A stretch of 64,000 nucleotides of DNA from NCBI RefSeq assembly GCF_026571515.1, contig NW_026853241.1, forward strand, positions 248,001-312,000. The letters run 5' to 3'. Source of the DNA: Ruditapes philippinarum. Lineage: Eukaryota. A program made the translations under genes and the position numbers. The notes under the pieces are model-generated. The model had not been told where the DNA came from and ran no database searches. It saw only the letters and a program-made list of their open reading frames with translations. This document shows, in pieces, positions 1 to 26,600 of this stretch (within the stretch, counting starts at the first letter, position 1; each line of letters starts with the position of its first letter).

Positions 1-1412
1 CTTATGCACTGCACTTCCTTTTAATGTCCTTGACAACTGTATGAAGTTGTATTGAATTCCAAACACTAGTTTTCAAGTTATGCTCTGGACAAGGAAAAGT
101 AACAAAGGGCAATAACTCTGTAATTTGTCAAGATGGAGTTATGGTTCTTGTGCACTGCACTTCCTCTCAATGTGCTTGACCATTGTATGAAGTTATATTG
201 AATTCCAACCATTAGTCTTCAAGTTATGCTCCGGACAAAAAAAAGCAATGGAAAAGTAACAAAGGGCAGTAACTCTGTAATTAGTCAAGATGGAGTTATG
301 GTTCTTGTGCACTACACTTCCTCTCAATGTGATTGACCATTGTATGAAGTTATAATGAATTCCAACCATTAGTCTTCAAGTTATACTCCGTACAAAAGAA
401 AGCAATGGAAAAGTAACAAAGGGCAATAACTCTGTAATTACTTTAGATAGAGTTATGGTTCTTATGCACTGCACTTCCCCTTACTGTGTTTGACAATTGT
501 ATGAAGTTGTTTTGAATTCCAACCAGTAATTTTCAAGTTATGCCCCGGACAAGGAAAAGTAACAAAGGGCAATAACTCTGTAATTAGTCATGACAGAGTT
601 ATGGTTCTTGTGCACTGCACTTCCTCTCAATGTGCTTGACCATTGTATGTAGTTATATTGAATTCCAACCATTAGTCTTCAAGTTATGGTCCGGACAAAA
701 GAAAGCAATGGAAAAGTAACAAAGGGCAATAACTCTGTAATTACTTTAGATAGAGTTATGGTTCTTGTGCACTGCACTTCCCCTTATTGTGTTTGACAAT
801 TGTATGAAGTTGTTTTGAATTCCAACCAGTAGTGTTCAAGTTATGCCCTGGACAAGGAAAAGTAACAAAGGGCAATAACTCTGTAATTAGTCAAGATCGA
901 GTTATGGTTCTTGTGCACTGCACTTCCTCTCAATGTGCTTGACCATTGTATGAAGTTATATTGAATTCCAACCATTGGTCTTCAAGTTATGGTCCGGACA
1001 AAAGAAAGCAATGGAAAAGTAACAAAGGGCAATAACTCTGTAATTACTTTAGATAGAGTTATGGTTCTTGTGCACTGCACTTCCCCTTATTGTGTTTGAC
1101 AACTGCATGAAGTTGTTTTGAATTCCAACCAATAGTTTTCAAGTTATGCCTTGGACAAGGAAAAGTAACAAAGGCAATTACTCTGTAATTAGTCAAGATA
1201 GAGTTATGGTTCTTATGCACTGCACTTCCTCTCAATGTGCTTGACCATTGTATGTAGTTATATTGAATTCCAACCATTAGTCTTTAAGTTATGCTCCGGA
1301 CAAGGAAAATGCAACGGATGTCTGGACCGACCGACCGACCACCCAACCGACCGACCAACCGACCACCGGGTGACTCCTATATACCCCCCCAAACTTCGTT
1401 TTTGGGGGTATA
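1..1412 (+). mobile_element. Helentron-associated non-autonomous element (HINE/DINE-1/pearl-like) with an internal tandem array; 5' end outside window
   Basis: Monomers of 157 and 146 bp, mostly alternating (anchor AACAAAGG at 101, 258, 415, 561, 718, 864, 1021, 1167). Then a (CCGA)n microsatellite at about 1325-1365, a terminal hairpin ATACCCCC...GGGGGTAT, and an A run. Confidence 0.85.
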
Positions 1413-1506
1413 AAAAGGCACTGTCCAGTTTTAAATCTGGGAACAGTCCATTAGACACTTTGTGGGATTTTAATAACAAAATACTAATGGTCAAATATGT
1501 ATATAC

Positions 1507-14117
<12,611 letters not shown>

Positions 14118-14197
14118 TTTAGCCACTAATCTTTCAAGTATCACAGGAAAATGTCAAAAATAGACAATGTTAATTTTGTGTACTGTAGTCGCAAAAA

Positions 14198-14207
14198 GTG
14201 ACGTCAC
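14198..14207. promoter_or_regulatory. CRE palindrome (GTGACGTCAC) upstream of the BCAS3 start codon
   Basis: Perfect TGACGTCA about 80 bp upstream of the ATG at 14117. Confidence 0.4.
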
Positions 14208-17200
14208 CATTATAAGATCAGCGCTTGGATATTCCCGATAATTTGAACGTATCATACCGTACAATAATGCTACTTCAATTTTTGTACTTTTATATAAAAA
14301 TTCTAGTACTTTAACCTTTCATTATTTATTTTATTTTATTTGAATAAATATTGTTTTCCAATATCATATTTTAATATCGTTTAACTCACTCTGTAAAGTG
14401 TTGGAGCAGTACCTCTCCTGTAGATGATTGCAAAAATCATGATCACAAAGCAGAAAATGCCGCATTTTCCGCCGATACTTGCTTTTTTATTCATTTTCGT
14501 ATATAAATCGGTGTGAGCAGATGAAATAGAGTCTAAGAGTGCATTTCAGAGGCTGAAAAGATGAGATTTTAGCATTTAATCATTCAAGCGCCTTGTCCGG
14601 TAATTACCGGAAAACGGTATTAAGTGTATGCTCTCACTCAAGATTTCTTCTTTGTATTTCTTTATCTGTCATGGAGATGCATGTACATGTACCTAGACTT
14701 GTTTACTGTAAGAAATAAAGGAACAATTAAAGTTTGTCCTTTTGCTGTGTCACTTTGATTATTCTCCATCTTCTAGGTACGAAGGACTGAGTAAGACATC
14801 AAGTACATGTAGATGCGTGAGAACTTCTGTGACAAATAATGTTCTGTCATATCTTAAAATATTGAATGTCAGTGACATAGTTAGGCAGTTAAGACATTTA
14901 ACTAAGTTCATAAAATATACTATAATAATACCCTTCTTATTTAAAGGACATGTTTAGGGATTAAATTAGAGACTACATTTTGAGATCTAGCTAGTAATTA
15001 TAATTTTGTTTTGCCTCAATCTACAAACACATTTTTCTACAATGCCACAAAGACTGGAATTCTTTACCAGACAGCATTAGCTAGGTCAATCGAAAATATT
15101 CAAAAATTTAAAACGAAAGTTAAACTGCTTTTAAATTAAATAAATGACAAAAAAGTGAGTACTATATATTTTTATATTACTAAATTGATGTGTAACTTGT
15201 ATGACAATGTTTTACATGTTGATTGTGTATTTGATAATGTATTAGTTATTTTAGTTTGATTGTGTCTCATTATATATCGATAAACTGATAAATGTGCCTT
15301 GATTAAATTGTAGTACAATGTTGGCAAAATTATTTCATTTATTTTAACTTCATAATAATTTATTTCTTTTATATATTTTAGTGTGTTGATATAACAGTAA
15401 TTGACACCATAGGAAATAAGCTTGCCGAAATGGAAATAACATATCGCATGCTTAGTGTTCAACCATTATATACAGTTGGACAAAACGCTTACCTCATTTG
15501 ATTACATCTGACGGCCCAAGTGGCAGACTGTATGATGGACAGTTCTTTTCGTCTTCTGTCTTGCTTCGTCGGACCCTTGTAAGTGATTTTCTCGTTGCTC
15601 TGTCTTCCTATTAGACATTGAGTAGTTTTGTTATGGTCATTTGGTTTACTTTTATATGTATTTCACTTGGCTGGGATTCATTTTATTTACATTGTCTCGT
15701 TTAAAAGGAACATGGTGGGTGTCAGAGTGAAGTTTGGTGCACCATTAACCGATTTAAACTCCCCAGCAGTGCTTAGGCTATGACCGTTCCAAGGCGGCGC
15801 CCCTCTGTGATCCTCATAATATGTCTTGTTGTTACATACTATTATGGTGACACTTTCGTGCCCTTTCTGGTTGTTTTTTCGTTGACGGTAAGTATTCTTT
15901 TTTGTTGTTCTTAAAATAAGTTTCCGAAAAGATTTCATTGGCCATAAACCGAAATATACTTTGATACTATCTTCTTGACCGCAATGATAATAAGCGTTTG
16001 TTTTATTTTATCTTGATATATAAGATGGCATACATCTTATATCTGTTTTTCTTTTGTTGTATGTTTTATAATGCGCCATGTTATTTCATTGTATATTAAA
16101 GTAACTATTATGTACTATCTATATACACTACGGAGTGAACAAATTCCCGCTACTTTTTGGCGCCAATACAAACTCATCCCATTCCCCTAATATTGCTGAG
16201 ACATACAAAAGGTTAACTCTTTATCCCCCCCCTCCGCCCTCCACACACTGCCCGAGGGATTAAAAATGGGAAATGCATTACCGCAATTTTCTCCGTGTCC
16301 AGGAGAGAAAACTGGTGTTAAATTCTGTGCCTCATCAGCAGGTGTGACATACATGATATATCCCATCCACATAAGATAGTATATTAATTATATTTCTACC
16401 GTGGTATCTATATTATATTTTAACTTACTTTTGCAGTATGTGTTCAGCTTTCCTTGTTGGCCGACTGATATAGTTGTTAGTTCATTATTCAAGTGTCACT
16501 AAGCATGCGTGTATATTTCGCAAGGACTATACCACCTTTAAAACAAGAAGGTCACATTTGTGAGTTATTAATAACTAGTTATTAATTATCAATGGCAACA
16601 CAACGCTTAAGGACTGCGCGCTTAATTAAGTAGTGGGTGGGTTCTTAGCTTCGAGGCCGAAATATTCACGTACATATAGTTAATGGCATAATAACTAGTT
16701 TTGTGGCATGTATTTTAAGATTATAGCTAAAGAAGTTTTGTATTTTTATACAATAACCGTATAAATAGGTTTATATGACAGCTTGTCATGATTTTCAGAC
16801 GTCTGGGTCATTTCTCAAACATAGACAAAAATGTTATGAATTAAAAGAATGCACATCTTTGAAGACATATCTTTATCATGTTGACAATTATTTACAGAAA
16901 AAAGAAATCTCTGAAGAATCACTCAATTTGAAATACAAAATACAAGAGTTAAACTTGTATTTCCGTATTAATGTTGAGTTCAGTTATATATTTATTACAA
17001 TTTACAATCACACCGTTTCCAATATTTTACAATGATTACAAATGCATGATGTGTTAAAGTATATTAAAATTGAAATTTCCGGTCCAATTAACTTTGTTAA
17101 GACATTGAACGTTAGAGATGCGAATAAAGAACACGCGATCTTGTCTTGAACACAAACATGCCGATCTATATACATGTAGACGATAGAGATATACAGCAAT

Positions 17201-17212
17201 AAGTAACTGTCC

Positions 17213-20200
17213 TTACATCTTGGGTTTGTTCAAATGTAAATTGAATACTTTGATCGTGTCATCACCCCACATTGAAGAGACTATCAGCCTAGCCCTATGG
17301 AAATTATAGCAGACTGCTCTCGGTGCAACCAAGCCCTCTTTCCTTTCAAGTAATACTAAGTTGATTACCCCTGCTTCGTCGAACGACACAATTTCATTTC
17401 TTTGATGATGAGTTACACAAAGAAGTCCTTCTTTCAGACAGCAGACACCGCTTGGGTACGTACAGGCGTCGTGATTGATCTGGGAATTGAAACGCCCGTC
17501 CAAATCGAGAATTATGACCCCGTTGTAATGATCAGTGATGAATATTTTTGTTAAGTCGTAGCTGAGGCACACATACCTCGGCAACGAAATTCCACGCGTA
17601 TAACAAGACAAATACGTCCCGGTTATACTGTATACGCCGAGATGACCTTGACTTTCCAATTCGTCGTGGTCATCCGAAAATGAGCCGCCGCAACAGATAT
17701 AGAATAACCCCTCATGGTGCGTAATTCCTCGACAGATATCTCTCACTTTAAAATATTTCTTCAAAGTCATCTTATTCTTCACAGATATTATCTGAACCTT
17801 TTTCTTAGAACTTATAGTGACAGCTACCTCTTTCTTGTCAACTCCACATATTCCAAAAGGAGCGTCTAGAAGTTTTAGATATGCAGTAATGAAATAGTTT
17901 ACGCCAAGTTTCTTCACAGATTTATTCTTTTCATCAGTGATGACTGTAATATCATCTGTAAGTTGACATATATCACTAATCTCGCATGTATGTTTCTCCT
18001 CGCTTTTCTTGATGTTGTAAATACCTTGTAAAGACACTGCTTGTACTCTGCAACGAACAATTTAAATAAAACAACAACGTAATTATATACATTGTAGATG
18101 GTATTTAAAAAAAGCGTGATTATATAGTTGATATTGAATGAGAAACGGTTCAATACTGAATTTATTGAACGAGTGGAATGCAATTACATGTATAATATGT
18201 GAGCCTGAACGAGTTCAATAAAATTAGTAATGTATATATATATACGAATATAATACCATATTTATCACATACCCGAATAAGAACATTTTCACAGTAAAAA
18301 AGAATCATTTTTTTCATTGGCATCATTACATTTAGCGTATGCCATAATTATATTATTGTCAGATACTTCAATATGCATTAGTTTTCAAATACTGCAGTTC
18401 ACATAAATATTGTTCGAGTAAATACAACAATATCGCCTACATACCCGACTTTTGTAGAATCTTCCAAAGACTCTTCGTTGTTCACAACCTAAAATTAACA
18501 TATTTTTTTATTATAACTTGAATACTGAATATGAGATCAATCGTAAGTAAGTTGCTTAACGTCAATTTAGCAGTTGCCGTTTGTAAATGTTTTTTATCAT
18601 CAAAATAATCAACTTTTTTTTCGAGATTTCTCTCCTGCGCATCGATCCAATGTTTCACTTTTGTTCACAAGTTTCCTTAAAATGTGGAGTAACGTTAGTG
18701 CATTCACTGAACTACTAAGACAGTCTTAGCCTATAAGATATAAAAAATAACTTTTTATAATTCATTGCTAATGGACATAAGCACAAATATGATACATTTG
18801 CAAAATATGTCATATATTATGAATAATTTACAAAGTTAAACCGATGTAAACAAGTATGATCGTTAATTGATCTTTTAAAAAGGTTAAGATAATCTTACCG
18901 TTTTTGTATCAGTATCATTTTTATATTTTATAGATTCTTTTTCAAGCTTCATTTCCGTTTCCTTGACAATCATATCAAATGTTTCCCATTCCGTTTTAAC
19001 TGTTTCCCTGGTATCTTTGTCAAATATTTTCGAATTTCTTGAATTTCTTGCATTGCTCGACTCTCTTTCCTTAATAATTTTCTCGATTATTTTCGATTCT
19101 CTGGTTGCTCTTTCTTTGACACATTTCTCAACAGTCTCCAGTTCAATTTTCTCTGGTTCACATCGTATTACATCATACTTCTCTATTTCTTGTCCGATAT
19201 CTGGCTGGAAAATTGAAACCAACTTAACTGTTTGTAAAATCCTTAATTGATAGAATATTTATACCGTCAAACTTTCATTATATTGATATATATTGAATAT
19301 CTATTAAAATACTTTGTGCAATGGATCGAGGTAATTGATAAAATGGCAAAAACATGGCAATCTTAAAAAATGGCAAAAACATGGCAAAACTGAAAATGCT
19401 GCAGGCTCGGTTTCAGTAGTAGTAAATGCTATCTTTAGATTACACCCACTAGCACCGGATTAAGCAAAAAATTAACAATTATATATGAAATAGGTTATAT
19501 AATTTGGAACTTCATTTGCAAGATGTGTTTAGGTAAAAACCTTGAATTTGACAATACCATGCCATTTCATTACAAGCAGCACATTGTGCCAAAGTAAATG
19601 GATGCTTACAAGTGCCCTTCGCAAGGAAAACAAATAAGATAAAATAGAAAAGGTCGTACTTTTTTAATCGTTGATTCTGTGTCATACAGCTCCTCTTTAA
19701 TTTGGTCGTCTAGTGTTTGCTCGGCTATTTGCTTATTTGTTTCATCCGAAGCATCTTTAAACCAGTTAAGGTCATTCAGAAACGTGGACTTGTACCGGAA
19801 ATTAAACGCACAATGTTTGGTGTTGAGACATTTCATGGACATAAAACTTTCAGTCTAGATATCATTTTAATTAGGTTCTCATGAATCTATAGAACTTATG
19901 GAATGAACTATAGGAACAGCACAAGTCAAAGAACTTTTATATTCTCATTTACGTTAAGAACTGCGGATCTATTTGACAAAACCATGTTCTTTCCAAACTT
20001 TAAAAACAGACTATATAAATGCATGTACATGTAAAACAAACGCCTATTTTTTCGTAATGCTGATAGTAGAACTTTGATTTTATATATGCTGTAGAAGCGT
20101 TAAGACCCACCTTTCTAGCATCCGTCGTACTTAATTGACTTGTCGTACTTATACGACTTTCATTTGCCTTGCTCTTGTCTCTAATCTCAACATCCTCTTC

Positions 20201-21032
20201 ATTAAAGTGATCCTCGAAAATCTCCCAGTTATTTCCAAACTTGGGCTCCTAAAACAAATCAGATACGAGTATATTGCCGTATCTGCTGTAAAGATTACAT
20301 CGTACTTTCAATAGACAACCGCTAACATTTAAGCAACTTTTTAATGTGAATTACGGGCATAGTTAATGTTTCTAGGGTGGCCAACAGAAAACAAGTAAAT
20401 GTATATGCTCGATTTGGCAAAATAAACATGCATCAATGATACTTAAATCACCACGAACATATAGATGATTTGACCATAAGGAATATATAAGTATAAAAAT
20501 ACACCCTGGTCAGCTCGTACTACCGATCTCTCGAACAAGTTTTCCTGGACACTCAAAGGTCAAGCAAACGATGTTCGACTGTAAAACTTTTTTTCAATTG
20601 AAACTGTCAAATAAGTGTACTTTTATTATCAGTTAGATCACAGATCTCACCAATCCGTGGTTAGATGTAACTGTGAGTTATCTAATTACTATTTCTCCGT
20701 ACCAATTAAATAAGCACAAGGTAACTTAAAAAACAGTCCCAATTAAATCTATGAACTAGTTAATCCTTTTTTTTTATTTTAATCTTTTCACGAGTATGAT
20801 ATTTGCCATAACGATTAGAAAATAACTAAACAAATATCAACATTTGTAGTGTTCACGCAAAAACATGACGAAAAGAAAACTTTTGAGTGTGCACAGCACT
20901 GTACACTATCTCTTCAGTACAATTCCCTAAAAATAATGAACTGTTAATAGTCCTGATTAAACAAACAAACAAACAAACAAAACAAAACGAGTTCTTCTAA
21001 GATATTACCTCAAGGTGGTCACCGGCTTCCAT
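17213..21032 (-). CDS. Uncharacterised protein with a charged/acidic N-terminal region and a C-terminal NHL-like beta-propeller (invertebrate TRIM-NHL-like tail; no RING or B-box seen)
   Basis: Large terminal exon 18047-17213 has repeated P-x-G-I/V-C blade motifs (PFGIC, CRGIT, PRYVC, PSGVC, PRAVC). Upstream phase-compatible exons: 18488-18445, 19204-18899, 19788-19660, 20248-20111, and an exon ending at 21009. The ATG at 21032 is tentative, since that frame is open back to an acceptor near 21086. Confidence 0.7.
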
Positions 21033-22179
21033 ATCTTTTACACTAAAATCTTCATTTAACAGTTTATATTGAAACTCCTCAACGTCCTGTAATCACCTTA
21101 AAAAATTACACATGTAAATATTGAAAGATGCATAAGGAACTTAAAACGCATATACGTGTTTAATCATAGGTTAAATATTTATTAAAATCTAGATTTTTTA
21201 TTTGTAAAGAAAAAAATCTATAAAGAACACAAAACCGCAAAATTCGAAATATTGCAAGCTCGGTTGGGTTGCGCCTGTTTATGGACGGTATAGTAGCGCG
21301 AATTGCAATATACTGTCCACGCCCCCATGGCACCGGCTTATTTTAAGGATACTATTGACGGAACTGAAAATATAGTAAATGTACTTGTTGTATTTTTGTA
21401 AATTTTTTAACCATAGCATTTATCATATTGTTAAACTGTATATTAAAAAAAAAAGAAGAAAAAACAAACAAACAAACAACAAAAAACTGAAAGATAATTA
21501 AATGTATACTCACAATATATTACTTTATACGCATTAGCTCGAGCATTAATTAATATATGTTATAACATATAAATGTATTTTACTCTTTCCTTCATGCTAT
21601 CATTTTTGTTTAAACATGTAAATTGTATTGTTTAAGATAAAACATGCGCATTAAGAAAACATTTAACTTCCTTCTCATTTTATTATAACAATATCATATT
21701 CTTTCCTTGCTTACAATTTTGTAATTTTCTTTTGAAAAATGAAAACAAAAGAAAACAATTATTCTAAACATAGTCACGAAATTAAGGTACATCCCGGTAT
21801 CAGTAACTTCAACATCTTACGTCCGAATTTGACGGCAAAATTCTCTAACTGTTTATGGTTAAATGTGTTACAAATGTAACATATTCTGCGCTTAGCTAAA
21901 CTTCGTAAAATCAGAGATATAGATTTCAGTATTCTTTATACCTGGTAAAACAGACATAAAATTAATGTATTATTTTAAAAGCGTTCTATAAAGACTGAAG
22001 ATCAAGCCCGGGGGTAGGAGAATAAAGAAACTCACTGGAGTGGCGTTAAGCTGTCAAAAGTAATTCAATGAATAAACTCAAGAGAAAAAGTAGCAAATTC
22101 CATTGCTTTCCTTCTTACAGGTTTTTGAAACGCTCTGTGTTTGTCTTTTTGATTTTATCAACTAACTTTTATTAAAATC

Positions 22180-22380
22180 TTTGGTTTAAACATATTTATT
22201 TAAGCTCGATTGCGAAACAAGTTCTTGCAACTTCTATTAATAACTTTCGTGTCCGCTTCCGGGAACCAACCAGTACTGGTGTCATATGAAAAAACATGGT
22301 CGTTATCCGATTAGGGCTCGAACCCATGATCCCTGGGTTGAGAGGCAGACACTTTAACCATCACTAGACCACCGCTCCCC
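22180..22380 (-). mobile_element. tRNA-derived SINE
   Basis: On the - strand: A-box (GGTCTAGTGATGG) and B-box (GGTTCGAGCCC), then a GACACCAGTACTGGTT core. Related copy at 55850-56026. Confidence 0.75.
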
Positions 22381-23620
22381 TTTATAATAATCGTCTTCAA
22401 ACAGTTGCTCTAATGTTTAAATACCCTTTAAAGTGTAGAAAAAGGTTCAGGGTCCATTTTACACTTGTCAATTCTGCGTAAAAATTTGCGAAAAAATTTA
22501 ATATGAAGCAAAACATCTTTATTGCTTTCTTCTCTTTACTCATTTTTTAGGACAAGCTTATGTGTGTCTTGCCAGCTCATATAGCATCCTCCTGGCTATA
22601 CTTATAGGTTGATTAAAATGTTCGACGGTGATAAAGAAAAACGCCAGCATCAAGATAACTAATCTCTTCATGTCTAACTACATGTAATTATATATGTCCT
22701 AACAACAGAACTGGAATGAAATTGATAACTACGACTAAGGCCGGAGTTCAAGAGAATTATATTAATAAACCAATACAAAATACCGGTATAAAACATTTTA
22801 ATAAAACAATTTCAACATTAAATAGAAACACAGCATTAATAAAATAAAGCGTTCCTAATTGCTCTAACACAATACTACAGATCCATTTTTCATACGGTGC
22901 TAGATTTATAAAAAACAAACAACAAAACACAACAAGGTAATTCATTTCTGCAACCAATATCAATATCATTCACAGATACACGTGTATAAGACTTCTATTA
23001 TATAAATACATGTAATCTTTGCATAATTAGATATTAAATGCTAGCAGCAGTGACTCAAAGTGATCAGGTCAGCATGGCCTCCCACAAAGGTCATCATGGC
23101 CTCTTAATATTGCAGTATCTGCCAGACATACTCAGTACTGTTGGTAGTTAAATTTTACAATCATAATTAATGTTTGAATTTTCCTTTAAATTACCAATAG
23201 ACATCTCTGGATGTAAAGTCCTTATCACAAAATACAACAGAATTACACCCAAATTTGTGAATCAGACTACTCCTGCCATCATCTTGGGAATGTTCATAGT
23301 TTATATAAGGAGTTTCAATTTCAAAAAGTTAAATCAGACTGCACAGAACGCACAGGTAGGTTGGCCTAATTTTATACTGGTAACCTAACTCTGTACTAGT
23401 AACCTTACTTTATATTGGTAGCCTAACTTTAAACTGTTAGCCTACCTTTATACTGGTAACCAAATAGAATACTGGTAACCTACTTTAATACTGGTAACCT
23501 GACCTTAGAAAACATTATTGCCATTAGCATTTAAAAGTGCTAACACCAAGTAAGAATTAAGTTTTGCATAAGTTTATTAAATCTGTATAAAAAAAACACT
23601 TGTAAAGTTTGGCACAGATT

Positions 23621-26600
23621 TTATGTCTTTGGTTCTGATGGAATTCTTCTGTAAATTTTCTCATCTTCCCCTTCTAAATGAGCTGCTAATCTTGCCATTG
23701 TAAACAACAAATCACTGAGTCTGAAATAACAAGATAATCAAACTTATTAAATCTAAAGGTATGACAACTATGCAATGTTTTTCATATTTTACACATGGAC
23801 CAAATCACTGGTATTTCATATTTGTCATGTATGACCTACATGTGCATGTGTTTATTGCATATACAAGTACAGGTATTATGATATTTGACCTCATTCTTAT
23901 GCATTTCATTCCAAAAATCCATTTTAGCATAAAAAGGTATAAATGATCATTTAGTCACCAAAGTTCTGTAACAGGTTAACTCCTGTCAAATTATATAAGG
24001 AGTTAAACTGTTATTGCTCTAAGATGACATTTTGCCGCTAGCATTTAAAGGTGTGTAACCTGTGTATCGTTTTCTGTTTATCACTGGTATATTGTATCCT
24101 CCGTGTTATGTTGTATTTGGTTGGTATTCGCCTAACTGTTGTATCGTCGTCGTTTGTTTGCCTTACTGTGGTAATGTTTTGTATAGTCTGTTTCGTATGA
24201 GAGGTCACTGTAAGTTGAAAGGTTGTATGAATGTGTTCACTAATATTTCACGTGCATGACCCTAAAATCCCCGCGAAACATTTTCTTGCTTAAATAAAAT
24301 ATTTCCCTTCGCCAGTTCCACATTATACGAGTAACTGATAACTTACTTTACAGTATAGTTGTTGATAGTAGTAGTTACTTATTATAGTAAACTTGAACAT
24401 CATTTATGGAAAGTTCTTGTATGCTGATCCTGGTAAGAATTTATATATTTCTAATGTCATATTTATTCTTTTCCATTGATGAATTGGATGAAATGTGTAA
24501 TTTTATTATTTTGTAAATCAATTATTTGTAATTCCTTTGTATTTTGTTTGTAGGCTCGTTTTTGTATGTCCGACAATAAAATGATGAAATAGAAGCAAGT
24601 CTTCAATCATTTATCCCCGGTTACAGGTGTTTGATTGATTTTGTTCAAAATGACCGCATTTAGTCTGGTAAGGGTTAAGGTATAACAATATTGAATTACC
24701 TATTTAAATATTTCATTGGTTCAGTATCCATCTCTCTTGCTCTAACAACTGTTGTTACTCTGAAAATTTAAATCATATTACACTGTACATGACTGTGACA
24801 AAACGATAGAAATATTCAATGACAACTTTGTAATAATACAGCCTTTTCATTTACCCTCAAAATGAGGGAAACTGAGTGATATATATCCTGAATAAAAAAT
24901 GAATAAAAATCTTACCACCAGAACAGAGCAGCAGGCAAGTCTGAACACAAGGACAGACAGGCAGACAAGCCTGAACACAAGGACAGAGAGGCAGGAAAGT
25001 CTGAACACCAGGACAGAGAGGAATGGCAAGTCTGAACACCTGGACAGAGAGGCAAGGCAGTCTGAACACCTGGACAGAGAGGCAAGGCAGTCTGAACACC
25101 AGGACAGAGATGAAAGTCAGTCTGAACACAAGGACAGAGAGACAGGTCAGTCTGAACACAATGACAAAGAGGCAGGCCAGCTGAACACAAGAACAGAGAG
25201 GCAGGCCAGTTTGAACATCAGGACAGAGATGAAGGCCAGTCAGGATAGAGAGGCAGGCCATTCTGATAATAGGACAGAGAGACATGCATGTCTGAACACC
25301 AGGACAGATAGGCAAAGCAGTCAGAGCACCTGGGCAGAGGCAGGCAAGTCTGAGCACCAAGAGAGGCAGGCAATTCTGAACAAAAGGACAGAGAAAAGGG
25401 CCAGTCTGAAAACCAGGAAAGACATTGAAAGCCTTTACAGTAATAACAGACAGATTATATTCAATGCAATTCAAAGTCCCTGTTTTTAATGCATAACTGA
25501 TTAAAATGTTCCTTTAGCAGAATATTTTATTTATGAATAGTAGGTTTGAATATGACTTTGTGAATAATTTACTTAACAAAAATTGACAAATATCATTATT
25601 TTATTAGAGTATATGTAAGTATGACTTTTTTGTATTAAAACACAAACTCATAAGTTACCTTCTCTCAGCTCTTCTACATATTGACCTAGCTAAATGAAGA
25701 GATGCTGCACTCTTTCCACCAGACTGAAATAGATACACTGCCTTTTCTTATGTCAAAACAACATTTTTGTATATATATATATATATATATATATTGTCCT
25801 TTAAAATGTAAAAAAAAAATGTTTTTTAAATCTTTATTAATCAGTACAGGTGGTAAAGACAAAAAATATATTTTATAGATATAAAGACATCATCAAATCA
25901 AATTGTGATTACAGATCATGTTAAGACATCAAAAGTTGACGGATGCTCTACAAACCTACATGTTTGACAGTGTAAAAGGCTTGATAAGCAAAAGTGTAAA
26001 AATCTAATTTTAGCACTGGTGACCTTGACATGGACCAAAGTGACTCCAAAACTAAAGTTTGTGGACCAACCATGGTATGTACCTACCAAATATAGCAGAC
26101 AAACATTTGTAGGTTAATAAATAAAGGCTTTATTAGTATAAGCTTATAAAGTACATGTACTTTTAGTACTAATAACCTTGATCAAAGTGACACCCACCTA
26201 CCCCTTAAATGGTATGTACTGACCAAACAGACAATGGTCAATGGTTGAGGGCTGTATAAGCAAGTATAATAATCTATTTTTACTACAGGTGACCTCAACA
26301 TTGGCCCAAAAAAACCTAATTCTAACTAAAGTTGGATGACCATCCATGGTATGTATCCCCTAAGTATGAAAGATGTTGGTCAGTAAAATGGAGGCTGTAT
26401 CTGCAAAATTGTAAAAATATATTTTTAGCATCAGTAACCTTGACCCAAGTGAACCTAAACTTTCACAAAGAGGACAATCCAGTATATCTACCTACGCATT
26501 ATGGAAGATACTGGTTGATAAATAAAGTTGTTAAATGAAACCATCGCAATGACCCACCATTGCCAGATCAGGTTACAGGTAAAAACTTGGCCCATTTTCG

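Noticed and set aside
15493-15607. Exon-like segment (AG...GTAAG) on the - strand upstream of BCAS3
   Set aside because: One frame is open, but there is no recognisable homology or partner exon, and it adjoins repeat-like sequence at 15700-15810.
24847-25489. Overlapping ORFs of up to about 200 aa on both strands
   Set aside because: They arise from a 30-bp minisatellite (unit divisible by 3) inside MMAB intron 7.
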